Part shown: positions 8,677 through 19,293 of the stretch, piece after piece
Numbering within the stretch: the stretch's first letter is position 1
Layout: every line of letters starts with the position of its first letter
From: a virus
Strand: one strand, 5' to 3'
Virus record (IMG/VR): IMGVR_UViG_3300037156_000058
Coordinates: 4,692-68,691 of that record
DNA length: 64,000 nt
The notes under the pieces: model-generated
The model's database searches: none
The model's input: the letters and a program-made list of their open reading frames with translations, nothing else
Told to the model about the DNA's origin: nothing
Translations under genes and position numbers: made by a program

Positions 8677-9000
8677 CTACGCTCCCACCGGAGCCGCGCC
8701 GGATTTAATTGTGAATGGGATTCCGCCGATGGTGCCGACGATTCCGGTTGCCATCACTTGCGCCACCAGTCCGCGCCATGCGATTGATTCCGCCATAACG
8801 GGCGCCAGATCCGCCTGAATCACCGATCCGGCCTGCGCGATCCGATCCGAAAGCAGCGCCGACAGTGCATCGCTGGCCTGCTTGATGGCCGCCTGTTCGT
8901 CCGCGGACAGCGTATCCAAATCCCGCCCGAGCGCCTGCACCACGGGAGCGAGAATACCCGGAAGTTTGCCCGCAAGATCGTTGGTTACGTCGATTCCCAT
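8677..9000 (-). CDS. hypothetical protein
   Basis: GAGGTG RBS; helical Ala/Leu-rich. Confidence 0.7.
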   Translation of the reverse strand: MGIDVTNDLAGKLPGILAPVVQALGRDLDTLSADEQAAIKQASDALSALLSDRIAQAGSVIQADLAPVMAESIAWRGLVAQVMATGIVGTIGGIPFTIKSGAAPVGA

Positions 9001-9073
9001 TCAGATCACCTCTTCGTCTCGCTGTCGATCTTCTGGACTGCGCCTATGCCTGCCTGATCGAGCCCGAACGCCA

Positions 9074-9259
9074 TCAGATCACCACTTCTCGGTCCACGTA
9101 ATCAGCGACCTTTTCTAGCGCCTGTGATAACAGCACCACGGCATCAGTAAGGTCTGGGTGGCATCCCGCCGCCTCGACGATCTGCATCGCGTCATAGATA
9201 GCCTTCTCCGCAGGCGTAAACTGGTCGATTCGGTTTCGTCGCGAGATTTCGTTACTCAT
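9074..9259 (-). CDS. conserved phage hypothetical protein
   Basis: MSNEISRR...TPAEKAIYDAMQIVEAAGCHPDLTDAVVLL; internal ATG chosen as start. Confidence 0.65.
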   Translation of the reverse strand: MSNEISRRNRIDQFTPAEKAIYDAMQIVEAAGCHPDLTDAVVLLSQALEKVADYVDREVVI

Positions 9260-9311
9260 CGCGGGCCGTCCAGTTCGTGTGCGAGGTTCAGCATGGCGAG
9301 TAGGGCGCGGA

Positions 9312-12300
9312 TCATTGCGCCACCATCCCGCCAACTACAGTACTGGCGGATACCAGCCACGACCCGGAGCCGTTGCCGAACGTGATCGTGCTGCCGTCTG
9401 AGAGGGTGACGGTAACCACTCCAGTTGTATACGCCACGACCGCGGTCGTTGCTCCCGTGCCGTCCAATGCAGCAGGGGAGAAGGTCGTTACCTCCGGCTT
9501 CGTGGCGTCAGCCGTGTAGGAGTTTGTGGCGGTCGTGTAGTTGGCCGGAATCGACGGCATGGAATAGTAAATCCATGATCCCCCAGCGGTAAAAGCTGGA
9601 CTCCCTGCTGCATTTGCCTCGGTGTTCGTCGGCCCATTGAATTTGACGATCACTTCTGAGCGTTGCCCCTTCATCGTGAATCCGGAGTTGGATGCAGAAC
9701 TGACAGCAGGGAGGGACTGAAGGTACTCTACGATTGCCCCCGCGCCGCTGGGTGTAATATCATCCAGCACGAATGCGAATCGCGACGCCCCACTGGTATA
9801 CATCACCCAAGTCCTTCGCATAGCTGTGACGCCTGCCGAGTAGGCCGCGCCACACACCATCGGGACCACCTGCCATGATCCGTTGTTACTCGCAGTTCCG
9901 AGCGTCGTCACGTTGGTATTCCCGCCGCCTACCGTGTTTCCATCCACCGAAAGCGAATTGTGATTAATCGCGGCTGGCAGGTTGTAGCCGGGGTCCAGAA
10001 GGAACTGCTCTCCCTGTGAGGACAAAGTGAACGTACAGGTGTCGTTCTCGTGGTGCTGTTGAGTTCCGACTTCATGATTAGAAGAACCTTTCAGTCCGAT
10101 GTATAAATCAGGGGTAGCCGTGTTAGTCTGCGATTTGATCGACCCCCATTGTGTTGAGGTGAGCAACGAAGGGCTTGGTAAGTTTACCTTGCTGATCGTG
10201 GTAGAAGGATTGGATGAGCGCCACATCATTGCGTACTGCGCGTATGGCAGTACATCGGATAGTGTGGCCATCCAGCGGTTGCCGCCCATCACGCAGTTTA
10301 GCGGCGCGCAATATGTCGCGTTGGGCTGCTGCGCCGCATCCTCTAGGTACATGAACCAGTCAGCCATCCAGGTTAGTTGCGCGTTTCCAGTGCGCTGCCC
10401 AATGTCGATCATCTGCGGAATCAATTGCACCAGAGGCTGAGAATCATTAAACGTGGTTAGCGCCGCCCCGTCCCAAAGCGTGTTGACGAAGTTCGCAACG
10501 TACTGGTAGTTTGTTGCGAAGAATCCGGGGTCGGCAGGGGAGTTTCCGACCAGCGTATTCGTGTTGATCCGCGCCCGAGCATAGACATCATAGGCTGTCG
10601 TTCCGTACTGAGCATAAAGAATCCCCTCGACATACCCGCCGTCTGGCATCCAGGTATAACCAGCCCACGTTAGTAATTGTGTGTCGATGGCAGAAAGCAG
10701 GATTTGCGCCGACGTGTTCACATAGGTAGTTGGCGCAGCATATCCACGAAGCGACTGAAGGCTGCTGTAGAGCGCCAATAAACAAACCCCACCACCTCCC
10801 TGCGTGATCACCACACGATTAGGCCATGAGTGGTCGGAACCCGATCCGCTGGGGTCATTTGTCTTTGCATAGTAGAAATAGTTAACCGCGTTCTGGAGAA
10901 ATACTTCATACTGTGCGCGCTGAGTCGGAGTAAGTGACGGGAAGAGAAGGTCGTACATCTGCGCGACAGGTAGAGCCGCATTGTTAAGTCCAGCGGGGAA
11001 ACCGTCCCAGTATAGATTCACGGTATCCAGCGGAAGCTGGTTATAAAAATCCCCTTGGTTGGCCGTCGTGATGCCAGCGCTGTAAGCCGTCAGGTCCGAA
11101 GCAACTCCGCTCAACAGGTATCTGTAACCATAGTCCATAAACGCCATATTGCGAAACGATGGATTTCCCCCGTTGATCGTGTCGTAAGTTATCGCCCGAG
11201 TCACAGCATCGGTGTAGTTTATGTACGCAGGGTTGATCCAACGTGCCTGAATAGCAGGAAGACCCGCCGCATTGAACTGTAGGTATGGGTGACCCGAATA
11301 CCCGAAACTGATCTTGCCTGTGGCCGGATACGTCCCGCTGCTGGTGGAGTCGTACACCGTGGTAGCCCCTGAGTTGCACTTCAGCATGATAGCGGGGCTT
11401 CCTTGCGATCCATTGGGAACTGCCACCGAAAGGCTTGTTGGGTTATTATAGGTGACCGTCCCTGAGATTCCCGAAAACGTGACCGTGCATGTTGAGTCGA
11501 ACCCAGCTCCGGCGAACTGCACTGTAGCGTCTGCCGAGTTCGCGGGAGTCGGAGGCACCTCAAATGGCATGATCGAGTACAGGATCGGAGCGGAGTAGTA
11601 AATGCCGGGATAGTACTCGCTGTCGATGTTGTTGCAGATCAGGTGTAGCCCGTACGTCGAGCCATTGGATTCGGTCGGTAACGCCACCGTAATCAGAGAA
11701 GTGCTGACGAAGCTGGGTGTGGCTGTCTGGACCGTACTCCCCTGCCCGATGCGAACCGAACAGCTTGCACCGGAGTTGAAATTCGTTCCGATCAGATTGA
11801 TCGTCTGTCCGGTCTGAAAACTTCCGCCTGCCGCAGCCGGGGAGATGCTCGTGACCGTCGCAGGGGTTCCTCCTGTGACTCCAGCCGCCACGCGGATGTT
11901 CGTAAACACACCGCCGGTATCGTAGCGTGACCCGACACCACCAGTGGTTCCCAAAGTATAGAGAGAAACGTACTGGAAAGACTTTGCCTGGTAAGCCGAT
12001 GGAATCGCCACGGTGTAGGAGTAGTACGGGACGGACCCATTCTTGTAGTTATCCGCCATCATGTTGAACGTCAGGTTATTCGATCCGTCTCGAATGATCT
12101 GAATCGTCCACTGCCAATTGGGGATCTGTGCCGATTCGTTCGCGCTCTGAGGCCAATTAAAGGACGTGTAAGCAGGGCCGAACGATGTCCCGAGTTGCTG
12201 GCCGACAATCAAATTAGTCGTCGTTGCGTAGTTCACAGGCAGGTTGCCGAGCCACATGCCCATGAAAGGACCTCCATTCATGTTTGCGAAAATAGACACG

Positions 12301-12662
12301 TCCAATGCTCCCATTGACGCAATCGGGGCGGTCGTAAGCGCGATCCCAACAGTTCCAGCAAGGAGGTAGTCCACGTATGCGTAGTTGTGAGTCGGGTAGA
12401 TATCAGCCTGAAACGTGAATGACTGAGTACCAACCGCGCATGGCATGGAGGCCGTCCCTACGCCACCTTGGGCGATGGTAGACATACCTGGAGAGGCCGA
12501 CCCCGACCCTTGATATACCATCGCCGCTCCATCGCTGGATGCGAGTGTCCATTGCGCGGGGAGCGTGGCCGCGTCAAAGTGTTCTGAGCAGTAGTTGGCT
12601 GGCGTGGCCTGGCCATAGCAGACCGCGATACCAGCAAAAAACAACCACATCTTTACTGGCAC
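9312..12662 (-). CDS. signal-peptide-bearing IPT/TIG + heparinase II/III-like polysaccharide lyase protein
   Basis: N-terminus KMWLFFAGIAVCYG|Q; two IPT-like repeats (TSISP...INLIGTNF; QFAGAGF); DGGYVEG..Y and HHEND..F.L...G...L.DPGY...HNSLSVDG. Start could be 12674, 12662 or 12650. Confidence 0.7.
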   Translation of the reverse strand: MPVKMWLFFAGIAVCYGQATPANYCSEHFDAATLPAQWTLASSDGAAMVYQGSGSASPGMSTIAQGGVGTASMPCAVGTQSFTFQADIYPTHNYAYVDYLLAGTVGIALTTAPIASMGALDVSIFANMNGGPFMGMWLGNLPVNYATTTNLIVGQQLGTSFGPAYTSFNWPQSANESAQIPNWQWTIQIIRDGSNNLTFNMMADNYKNGSVPYYSYTVAIPSAYQAKSFQYVSLYTLGTTGGVGSRYDTGGVFTNIRVAAGVTGGTPATVTSISPAAAGGSFQTGQTINLIGTNFNSGASCSVRIGQGSTVQTATPSFVSTSLITVALPTESNGSTYGLHLICNNIDSEYYPGIYYSAPILYSIMPFEVPPTPANSADATVQFAGAGFDSTCTVTFSGISGTVTYNNPTSLSVAVPNGSQGSPAIMLKCNSGATTVYDSTSSGTYPATGKISFGYSGHPYLQFNAAGLPAIQARWINPAYINYTDAVTRAITYDTINGGNPSFRNMAFMDYGYRYLLSGVASDLTAYSAGITTANQGDFYNQLPLDTVNLYWDGFPAGLNNAALPVAQMYDLLFPSLTPTQRAQYEVFLQNAVNYFYYAKTNDPSGSGSDHSWPNRVVITQGGGGVCLLALYSSLQSLRGYAAPTTYVNTSAQILLSAIDTQLLTWAGYTWMPDGGYVEGILYAQYGTTAYDVYARARINTNTLVGNSPADPGFFATNYQYVANFVNTLWDGAALTTFNDSQPLVQLIPQMIDIGQRTGNAQLTWMADWFMYLEDAAQQPNATYCAPLNCVMGGNRWMATLSDVLPYAQYAMMWRSSNPSTTISKVNLPSPSLLTSTQWGSIKSQTNTATPDLYIGLKGSSNHEVGTQQHHENDTCTFTLSSQGEQFLLDPGYNLPAAINHNSLSVDGNTVGGGNTNVTTLGTASNNGSWQVVPMVCGAAYSAGVTAMRRTWVMYTSGASRFAFVLDDITPSGAGAIVEYLQSLPAVSSASNSGFTMKGQRSEVIVKFNGPTNTEANAAGSPAFTAGGSWIYYSMPSIPANYTTATNSYTADATKPEVTTFSPAALDGTGATTAVVAYTTGVVTVTLSDGSTITFGNGSGSWLVSASTVVGGMVAQ

Positions 12663-15481
12663 ATGAAGCTCCAATGTCCGAGAATAGCGCTGGTTCCCCC
12701 GGAGGATGTCACTTTGACTCCTATGCGGTCGCCTTTAGTGATCGTTCCCGTACTGCTCGAATCAAGCAATATGACCCCTGCGGAAGTACCGGCGCTGATA
12801 GTTCCACTCATAAGCGTTGTGTCTGATGTTCCAGTGGAGCCCATGTCCACAACCGATATAGTGGTGGTTACGCCACCTGTCTGTGTTCCTGCAAGGGTAA
12901 GTTGCAGGTACGTGGCAGAACAACCACGCGGGAACGCCACAAAAGCATAAGGCTCCGTCCCATTGCTATATCCACCAAACGGAGCGTAGTAAGTAGTGCT
13001 TGCATTAGTTCCCTCAATCGCTCCCTGCACAATGAATGCCGAGCCGGACGCGGGGGTTATAGACACTCCGAATTCTGTTAGTGAAGGAACCGTCGCAGCG
13101 CCCGGCTCGAACTCCATATCAATATAATGCCCTTGACTAACCGATACGGTATGAGTTAGATCAGCATAGGCGGCAGGGCTTGTGTCTGTTGTTGCCGGGG
13201 TAACGGTTAGGGTTGTTCCAAGCCCGTTGTCATTCATCACCGGGTTTACCGTGAAGACGTTCGTGGGAGCCGTTGTGTGCGAGTACATTAAAGCCTGCAT
13301 GGTTCCCGAGAAGGGAAGCGGCGTGGCGTACTCCAGTTCGGTGGGTCCACATCCACCGGAAAAGCCGCAATATGCAACCGTGCTGGCGGTCATGGCAAAT
13401 GCTTTTGCATTCGTCAAGACCGAAGTCATAAGCCCGCTGTCGGCTAAAAACTCCGCAGTTATGCCACTTATATTAGGAGTGCCCCCGGAATTTTGCTTAG
13501 CCGACGCAAACCCCCACTGCGATCCTTGATCTTCATGCCAATACAATGCGTTTGATTGCGTATAAGAGCCTACTCCAGCATTGGGCTGCACTATCACTCC
13601 ACCGGGAGACGTTCCGTTTATGGCGCTTCCGAATCCGGATGCCGCACAATCTACATCAGCCCCGAATCGTAAAGATGAACCAGCATTAGCAGCAGGAAGT
13701 GATATCGCTACGTTCCGAAAGTACCCGGCTGATGGCCATTGCAAAACTGACCCTGAGGCCTGACATGGCGACGACCCGCTTGCTGCGACAGTCCCTGGCC
13801 AATAATTCCCATTGCCGGAAAAAAGGTTTCCGTATCCGACAATACTCCCAGATGCCGTTGACGATGGCCCTGTAGCGCACGTCGGGCAGGCAATAGTGCC
13901 AGCTGAAGTGATCGGGCCGCCGGTGATTGGTCCGGTTGTGGCGACACTGGTTACGGTTCCAGACCCACCACCACCCCCATTCAAGAGTGTCCATGCCCCG
14001 GTCGCCACGGACGTGCAGGCGGGAGCAGCCGTTCCGCTGGCCGCTGCACACCAGTAATCGTTATGGTTTGTCGTGTCAGAGAACAGATCACCAGGGAGAT
14101 TGCCCGTTACGCTGCCCGGTGCAGCAGTGCCAAAGAATTTCTGAGCCAGAAGTGTTTTATCCGCCGCGCATGTACCGCTGGTTGTGATCGCACCGCCCGT
14201 TAGGCCGCCATTGCAGGTGATGCTAGATATTCCGCTCCCGGCAGCCCCGGTTGCACCTGTAGCCCCGGTTGCACCTGTAGCGCCCGTGGCTCCATTAGCC
14301 CCGGTCTGAGAAATGTAGTAGTTCGCTCCATCCGGTGCGACCTCAACCAGAAATCGTGGGCACCCGCCGGCTGCGGTACAGACTGCAATCGGACCATAAG
14401 CGGCTTGCCCGTTCGCCGTCGCTCCATTCAACCCCACGGCTAAAGTCTGCGTCTGCGACTGATTCATGATCGCCAGCTTGCAATTCGTTCCGCCGAGGGT
14501 GATAGCCGACGCAGGGAGTGAGAACGTAAGGCCGCTGCCTGAGAAGGGAATCGTAGACCCGCAGTCCGATGCCTGCGCCGTGTAGTTGGTGGTCTGCACA
14601 GCCTCAACCGCCGTGGCAATCCCCTGCGGCCCAGCGGGGCCGACGCTGAGAATGTTGAATTGAGTCCCGTCATAGCCGAGGTTGTAAAGATTCCCTGTTC
14701 CGGCTCCGACCGTAATCGTGTTGAGGGCCAGAGGAGCACCCGCGCTGTAGATATTCTTCGCTCCCAGCGTCGATATATCGAGCGTGGCCGCGCCGCTGTT
14801 GTTCACGTCAACCTTCAGGCTCACGGTCATGCCTGCCGTATAGGATGTAAGGGCTGGTGACGGCGTGCAGGTATAAGTAGTCGCGCTGGATGATGCTGTT
14901 TGGCAGTAGGTGCCGCCTGTGACGGAACCCCCTCCCCCACTCAGCACCTGATAGTTCGCGCCGTCGCTGAAAACCTGTTTGCTGGTGTGTGCGGGAACCG
15001 TCAACACGCTGCCGCTGATGTCTGCTGTTGGGCCACCATAGAACGTGCTCGTGGTCGCGGTGACTGTGAGAGAGCCCGCGCCGATATTGTTCACTACTAC
15101 AAACCAGCCCGCCGCGAATCCCGTCGTGCCGGCCTGCGCGATGGTCCACGCCGCTGCCGTGTTCGTGGTCAGGGATGTACCGCAGTCGCCCGTCACAATT
15201 GGGTAGGAACCATTGTGCGCGGCAGTGGCAAGCGTTTCGGATGCCGCTGGAGTTGTCGTGCCCGTCGCTACCGAAATACCGCACGATCCGCTAACCGAGG
15301 TCACTGTACCTGCCGTTGGCGTTGCCCATGAGCATGGCGGCGCCGTTCCGCCAGAATTTGCCTTCAAGACTTGGTTCGTCGTAGCGGAGTTTGTAACGCT
15401 CTCGCATGGACCTGGATTCTGTGCCATCGCAAGAGCGGATCCGAAGGCCATGAGGGCCAGGAGAATTATTAACCGTTTCAT
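12653..15481 (-). CDS. signal-peptide-bearing tail-fibre-like protein with short collagen tract
   Basis: MKRLIILLALMAFGSALAMA|Q; G/T/S/A rich; GAT collagen repeats; GTVTSV fibre motifs. Confidence 0.7.
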   Translation of the reverse strand: MKRLIILLALMAFGSALAMAQNPGPCESVTNSATTNQVLKANSGGTAPPCSWATPTAGTVTSVSGSCGISVATGTTTPAASETLATAAHNGSYPIVTGDCGTSLTTNTAAAWTIAQAGTTGFAAGWFVVVNNIGAGSLTVTATTSTFYGGPTADISGSVLTVPAHTSKQVFSDGANYQVLSGGGGSVTGGTYCQTASSSATTYTCTPSPALTSYTAGMTVSLKVDVNNSGAATLDISTLGAKNIYSAGAPLALNTITVGAGTGNLYNLGYDGTQFNILSVGPAGPQGIATAVEAVQTTNYTAQASDCGSTIPFSGSGLTFSLPASAITLGGTNCKLAIMNQSQTQTLAVGLNGATANGQAAYGPIAVCTAAGGCPRFLVEVAPDGANYYISQTGANGATGATGATGATGATGAAGSGISSITCNGGLTGGAITTSGTCAADKTLLAQKFFGTAAPGSVTGNLPGDLFSDTTNHNDYWCAAASGTAAPACTSVATGAWTLLNGGGGGSGTVTSVATTGPITGGPITSAGTIACPTCATGPSSTASGSIVGYGNLFSGNGNYWPGTVAASGSSPCQASGSVLQWPSAGYFRNVAISLPAANAGSSLRFGADVDCAASGFGSAINGTSPGGVIVQPNAGVGSYTQSNALYWHEDQGSQWGFASAKQNSGGTPNISGITAEFLADSGLMTSVLTNAKAFAMTASTVAYCGFSGGCGPTELEYATPLPFSGTMQALMYSHTTAPTNVFTVNPVMNDNGLGTTLTVTPATTDTSPAAYADLTHTVSVSQGHYIDMEFEPGAATVPSLTEFGVSITPASGSAFIVQGAIEGTNASTTYYAPFGGYSNGTEPYAFVAFPRGCSATYLQLTLAGTQTGGVTTTISVVDMGSTGTSDTTLMSGTISAGTSAGVILLDSSSTGTITKGDRIGVKVTSSGGTSAILGHWSFMCQ

Positions 15482-15861
15482 CGAGTGGCCTTAATCACAG
15501 GAACATCGCCCGCGGCGAAAGTCGAGATCAGGACGCGGCGAAACGGAGAAGCGCCGGAATCAGTGTAGGCTCCGTTGCCGGTCGTCAGTCCGATTGTGGC
15601 AATCGTCAGGTACTGAGCAGCAACGTCATTCCCTGCTACTTGCACCTCCACCACGGAACCATTCGGGCACCTAGAGACATTGAACGTAATCGGATACTGC
15701 CCCGCATCGTGATATCCCTTCGAGAACGAGATCGACGCAGATCCGGAGACAATCGTTTCCGTGCCGTCGAGGAGCGTTAGACTCTGCCCCGCTTCGAGAC
15801 TGGCGATGTTGAGGCCAGCGCCTCCTGTGTTTGAGCCGGATTGAGGGGTGCTGTAGAGCAT
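15478..15861 (-). CDS. putative small virion beta-sandwich protein
   Basis: Beta-rich composition; position between ejection and fibre genes. Confidence 0.55.
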   Translation of the reverse strand: MLYSTPQSGSNTGGAGLNIASLEAGQSLTLLDGTETIVSGSASISFSKGYHDAGQYPITFNVSRCPNGSVVEVQVAGNDVAAQYLTIATIGLTTGNGAYTDSGASPFRRVLISTFAAGDVPVIKATR

Positions 15862-17330
15862 TATTTTTTCTCCTTTATATTTGGGGCAATCTGCCCAATA
15901 CGGCCTGTCGTTGGGCGCCGCAGTGTCCTGCCTGTTTGGTTGACGCCCTTCGCGAGTGCTGCCTGCGCAACTGGATCGGCTGCAATTTCCGGCAATATAA
16001 GGCCAGCCGCTGCTCCGAGAGGGCCAAACTCGTGACCGCCATAAAGAGCGGCCGCCAGCGCCCCGGTTCTAGCCGTACCGCGGTTGAATACGCGGGGAAG
16101 AAGCGACGGTCGCAGGGCGTTCATCTGCGATGCGCGCTCAACGGGAATGCCGCTCGATATCCGCTGATTAAGTTCCGCGCCTTCAGGCGCAACTCGGTCA
16201 AGTTCCGTATCCATCGCGTTGTATGCGCCGCGTGCGGTAGGCATGTCGATGATGCCGGGATGAAGTTGGTTCCAGGTAGTGAAGTCTTTCCCAAATTCGG
16301 TTTTCATCCTGCGAAGTTGGGCTGGGTCTTGAAAGGCTGAGATTTTAATAGGGCCGGATGGTCCAATTGTTCCAGGCGGAGGCGTGTTTATCGGACCAAC
16401 GTCGCCCGCGAAATTCTGTCCGGGATCAGTCAACTGTTGACGCATCTGCTGCAACTCAGGGACACGCCCCCTGCCGAACGGAGGAGCATATGTGCTGTTC
16501 CCTGCCTGCGCCTGCGTGATGCGTGCGTCGATCACGTCACGGGCTGGCGTAAGGCTTCCCTGCGCGGAAGAGTTGGCGTACACCTGGTCAACTTGCCCCG
16601 TAAGGTCGTTCACTCTTTGTCGCGCACGAGCTTCAATTGTTCCAGGACGAATCGCTCCACCCGTTTCGTCGAGCGCAAAACGACCGGGAGTTTTCCCGAA
16701 CATCTTATCGGCCAATTTTATCTTTAGGGCGTGCTCCATCAAAGGCTCTGCCGTTCGCATCAGGCCAGCGCCTGTTCCGCGTGAAATCTCAGGAGCAGCC
16801 ACCGTGGAGATTAAACCGGCTCCGGACCCCAATCCGCCAGCCACGTCCCCGCTACCGATTTGATCGCCAGCGTTGGCAGCGGCAGGGCCGACAAGGGGAA
16901 TCATTCCCGCCAGTCCGTGGCCGAATGCTGACGACGCACGCTCAACTCCGTTCATACCGCTGAATTCGCCTTTGCCTTGTGCCGCCTGTTTCGCCTTTGA
17001 AAATTGGTCTATCTGCGGGTCGATCAGGTGAGTTCCGAGGGTGCGCGATAGTCCGATATTTGGGTCCAGCGCTTCTTTACCCATTTCGATTATTCCCGGA
17101 ACTGGGTTGACGGCACTGGCGAAATTTGAGACGAATCGCTCAGTTGGGCCTGATCCTTCGGTGCCAGGAGTCAGACTGAGCGGCTTATCTGGTACGGAGC
17201 CGCCTTCACGTTTCGCAGCCAATGCGGTCAACGGGTCTTGACTTACTCCCGACGTAGAAACAGGTGCACCGGTAGCAGCCCCTCCATTTGAGGCACGCTG
17301 TGCGGCGAGCTGTTCCAGTCGGTCGGCCAT
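15861..17330 (-). CDS. putative internal virion / DNA ejection protein
   Basis: Gly/Ala-rich amphipathic segments; podovirus synteny. Confidence 0.6.
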   Translation of the reverse strand: MADRLEQLAAQRASNGGAATGAPVSTSGVSQDPLTALAAKREGGSVPDKPLSLTPGTEGSGPTERFVSNFASAVNPVPGIIEMGKEALDPNIGLSRTLGTHLIDPQIDQFSKAKQAAQGKGEFSGMNGVERASSAFGHGLAGMIPLVGPAAANAGDQIGSGDVAGGLGSGAGLISTVAAPEISRGTGAGLMRTAEPLMEHALKIKLADKMFGKTPGRFALDETGGAIRPGTIEARARQRVNDLTGQVDQVYANSSAQGSLTPARDVIDARITQAQAGNSTYAPPFGRGRVPELQQMRQQLTDPGQNFAGDVGPINTPPPGTIGPSGPIKISAFQDPAQLRRMKTEFGKDFTTWNQLHPGIIDMPTARGAYNAMDTELDRVAPEGAELNQRISSGIPVERASQMNALRPSLLPRVFNRGTARTGALAAALYGGHEFGPLGAAAGLILPEIAADPVAQAALAKGVNQTGRTLRRPTTGRIGQIAPNIKEKK

Positions 17331-19058
17331 TTAGTACGTCCACCCGTCTTCGGTAAGCATCTTCTTTGCTTTCGCCGGATCGTTGCCAGTCATGTCCAGA
17401 TAATGCTCCATCGTAGACTGGCTGGGAACCCGATCCGGCCCGTCATCGGTAGATCCCTGATACTTCGCCTCACTTCGTGCCTTAACGACGTCCTCAGACA
17501 GCCGGGAACGGCCAAGATCGACCATCTGTTTCATCTGCGGAGCGGTCAGTGTCAACCCAGCGAGATAGCCGTCTTTGTCGAACTTAGCCTTCATGCCCTG
17601 GAGCCACGGCCGAGATTTTTCAGCTTCCGAGATAATCGCCTGATTGATGCGCGCGCCCTTCGCGAGTCCCATTGTCATGCCAAGATGATTTGCCAGCAAC
17701 GAGAGCATGGCTTGCTGGTCGTGGTTTTTCACGGCATCGTCGTAATTCTTCGTCATCACATTGACGCGCTCTGCGGAGTCCATCGCGGGAGTGAACGCCT
17801 TGAATGCGGCGGCCTTGACGCCCTGCTCGTCCTTATGTGTCCGGTTGGCCTGTGCTAATTCGGATGTCTGCTTGCGGAGTTCGGCCGTCTGTTTTCGGTT
17901 TTCGTTGGTGCCGAAAGCAGACTCTTCGCCCTGAAGCAACTTATCTGTGCGGTCGAAGTCTTTTTGCGTGGCGTCGGCAGGCAGAACGTAATGCGCCGGA
18001 AGCGCGGCGCCGGGATGAAGCACCTGGTAGCGTGCGGTCATTGCCTGATTGATCTGATCCACGCGCGGACCAAGTGGCTTATCCCCCTCGGTAACGGTGG
18101 CTGGCTTGGCTGCATTTTCAGCCTTTATGAATTCAACCGGATCTTTGTCTTTGTTCTCCGGACGTGCCTGCCACGCCTCGAACGGAGTCTTGGGCGCCGC
18201 ATCAGGCTTGGCTTTCCCGGCCTGAAGTACCTGTTTTACCGCCGGATCAAGATTGGGGTCGTTCGGGCCGTGAATCTTGCCGAGAGCGTCACGATATCCG
18301 ATATAGCTTCCATCTCCAGCCTTGAAAAACTCCTCGTCGTGAGGCTTACCTACTGGATTCCTTAACGCATCGGTTTCCGCCTGCTCGTGCCCAGTCTGAG
18401 CCGCTTCGTGCTCTTGTTTCGCCACAGATTCATTCGCGCCCTGCTCAGACTTCGCGGCACTCTCCGCGTCAGCCACAACGCCCTGGTGGTAGCCTTCGGT
18501 CCCCGGCAATGCAGCCTCAAGTCCGGGAGTAGCGAACCTTCCAACCGCGTCAAGTACCTGCAACGGAATCCGAGCCCACGGATTATGAATCTGGCCGATA
18601 CCACTACGGCCAGTGTCGGCATGAGTGTGCGCCTGATCGCCATGGAGCGGTGCTTTCGTCACCCGCGATAATTCGTCGTACATCGGCGTAGACGGAGGTT
18701 GAAACTTCGCGGGAACTGGGATAGAGCCAGCGACTGCTGGTTTTGCTGCTGCCTGTGAAACCGGAATAGTACCGGGAGCCGTGATTCCTTCAGGCATCCC
18801 CATCGGCGCGGATTGGCGCTGCGGAAGCGGAATTGCGCCAGTGTCCGGAGCGGGGGCCGCGCCAGATTGCAGCGGAATAGAGCCCTGTACCGGACCCTCA
18901 GACGGAGGAGCGGAAGTATCGCCGGGACGGAGCGTACCCGTCATTGCGATGTGACGATCCACGCCCTGCATGAGCGCGTCTTTCGCGTGCGGGGTCAGGC
19001 GAATCAGTTCGTCCGCTATCGGGTTTCCGGTTTGCGTCTCCTGCGGATATGTGGTCAT
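17331..19058 (-). CDS. putative internal virion / DNA ejection protein
   Basis: Helical Ala/Gln/Lys-rich; synteny. ATG 19058 has an AGGA RBS. Confidence 0.6.
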   Translation of the reverse strand: MTTYPQETQTGNPIADELIRLTPHAKDALMQGVDRHIAMTGTLRPGDTSAPPSEGPVQGSIPLQSGAAPAPDTGAIPLPQRQSAPMGMPEGITAPGTIPVSQAAAKPAVAGSIPVPAKFQPPSTPMYDELSRVTKAPLHGDQAHTHADTGRSGIGQIHNPWARIPLQVLDAVGRFATPGLEAALPGTEGYHQGVVADAESAAKSEQGANESVAKQEHEAAQTGHEQAETDALRNPVGKPHDEEFFKAGDGSYIGYRDALGKIHGPNDPNLDPAVKQVLQAGKAKPDAAPKTPFEAWQARPENKDKDPVEFIKAENAAKPATVTEGDKPLGPRVDQINQAMTARYQVLHPGAALPAHYVLPADATQKDFDRTDKLLQGEESAFGTNENRKQTAELRKQTSELAQANRTHKDEQGVKAAAFKAFTPAMDSAERVNVMTKNYDDAVKNHDQQAMLSLLANHLGMTMGLAKGARINQAIISEAEKSRPWLQGMKAKFDKDGYLAGLTLTAPQMKQMVDLGRSRLSEDVVKARSEAKYQGSTDDGPDRVPSQSTMEHYLDMTGNDPAKAKKMLTEDGWTY

Positions 19059-19063
19059 CGCGG

Positions 19064-19291
19064 TCAGAAATAATCCTGCCAATTTGTCTTAAAAATCCCG
19101 TTGGGAGATGCGTCTTCCTGCTGCTGTGGGCCTGTAGGCTGCTTATTCACGGGCATTCCAGCAAGTAGAGCTCCCCTGTAATTGTCTTGCTGCGGAGGGT
19201 ACTGAACCTGAGAACCAAAAACGTCTGGCAAAAACGCATGGAGTCCAGATTGAATGGCACCAGGGAGCAATGTTCCAAGTAAAGAGGCCAT
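19064..19291 (-). CDS. hypothetical virion-associated protein
   Basis: Fills the gap in the ejection-protein operon. Confidence 0.5.
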   Translation of the reverse strand: MASLLGTLLPGAIQSGLHAFLPDVFGSQVQYPPQQDNYRGALLAGMPVNKQPTGPQQQEDASPNGIFKTNWQDYF

Positions 19292-19293
19292 AT

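Noticed and set aside
14244-14300. 18-bp tandem repeat
   Set aside because: Explained by the collagen GAT tract in the fibre-like protein.
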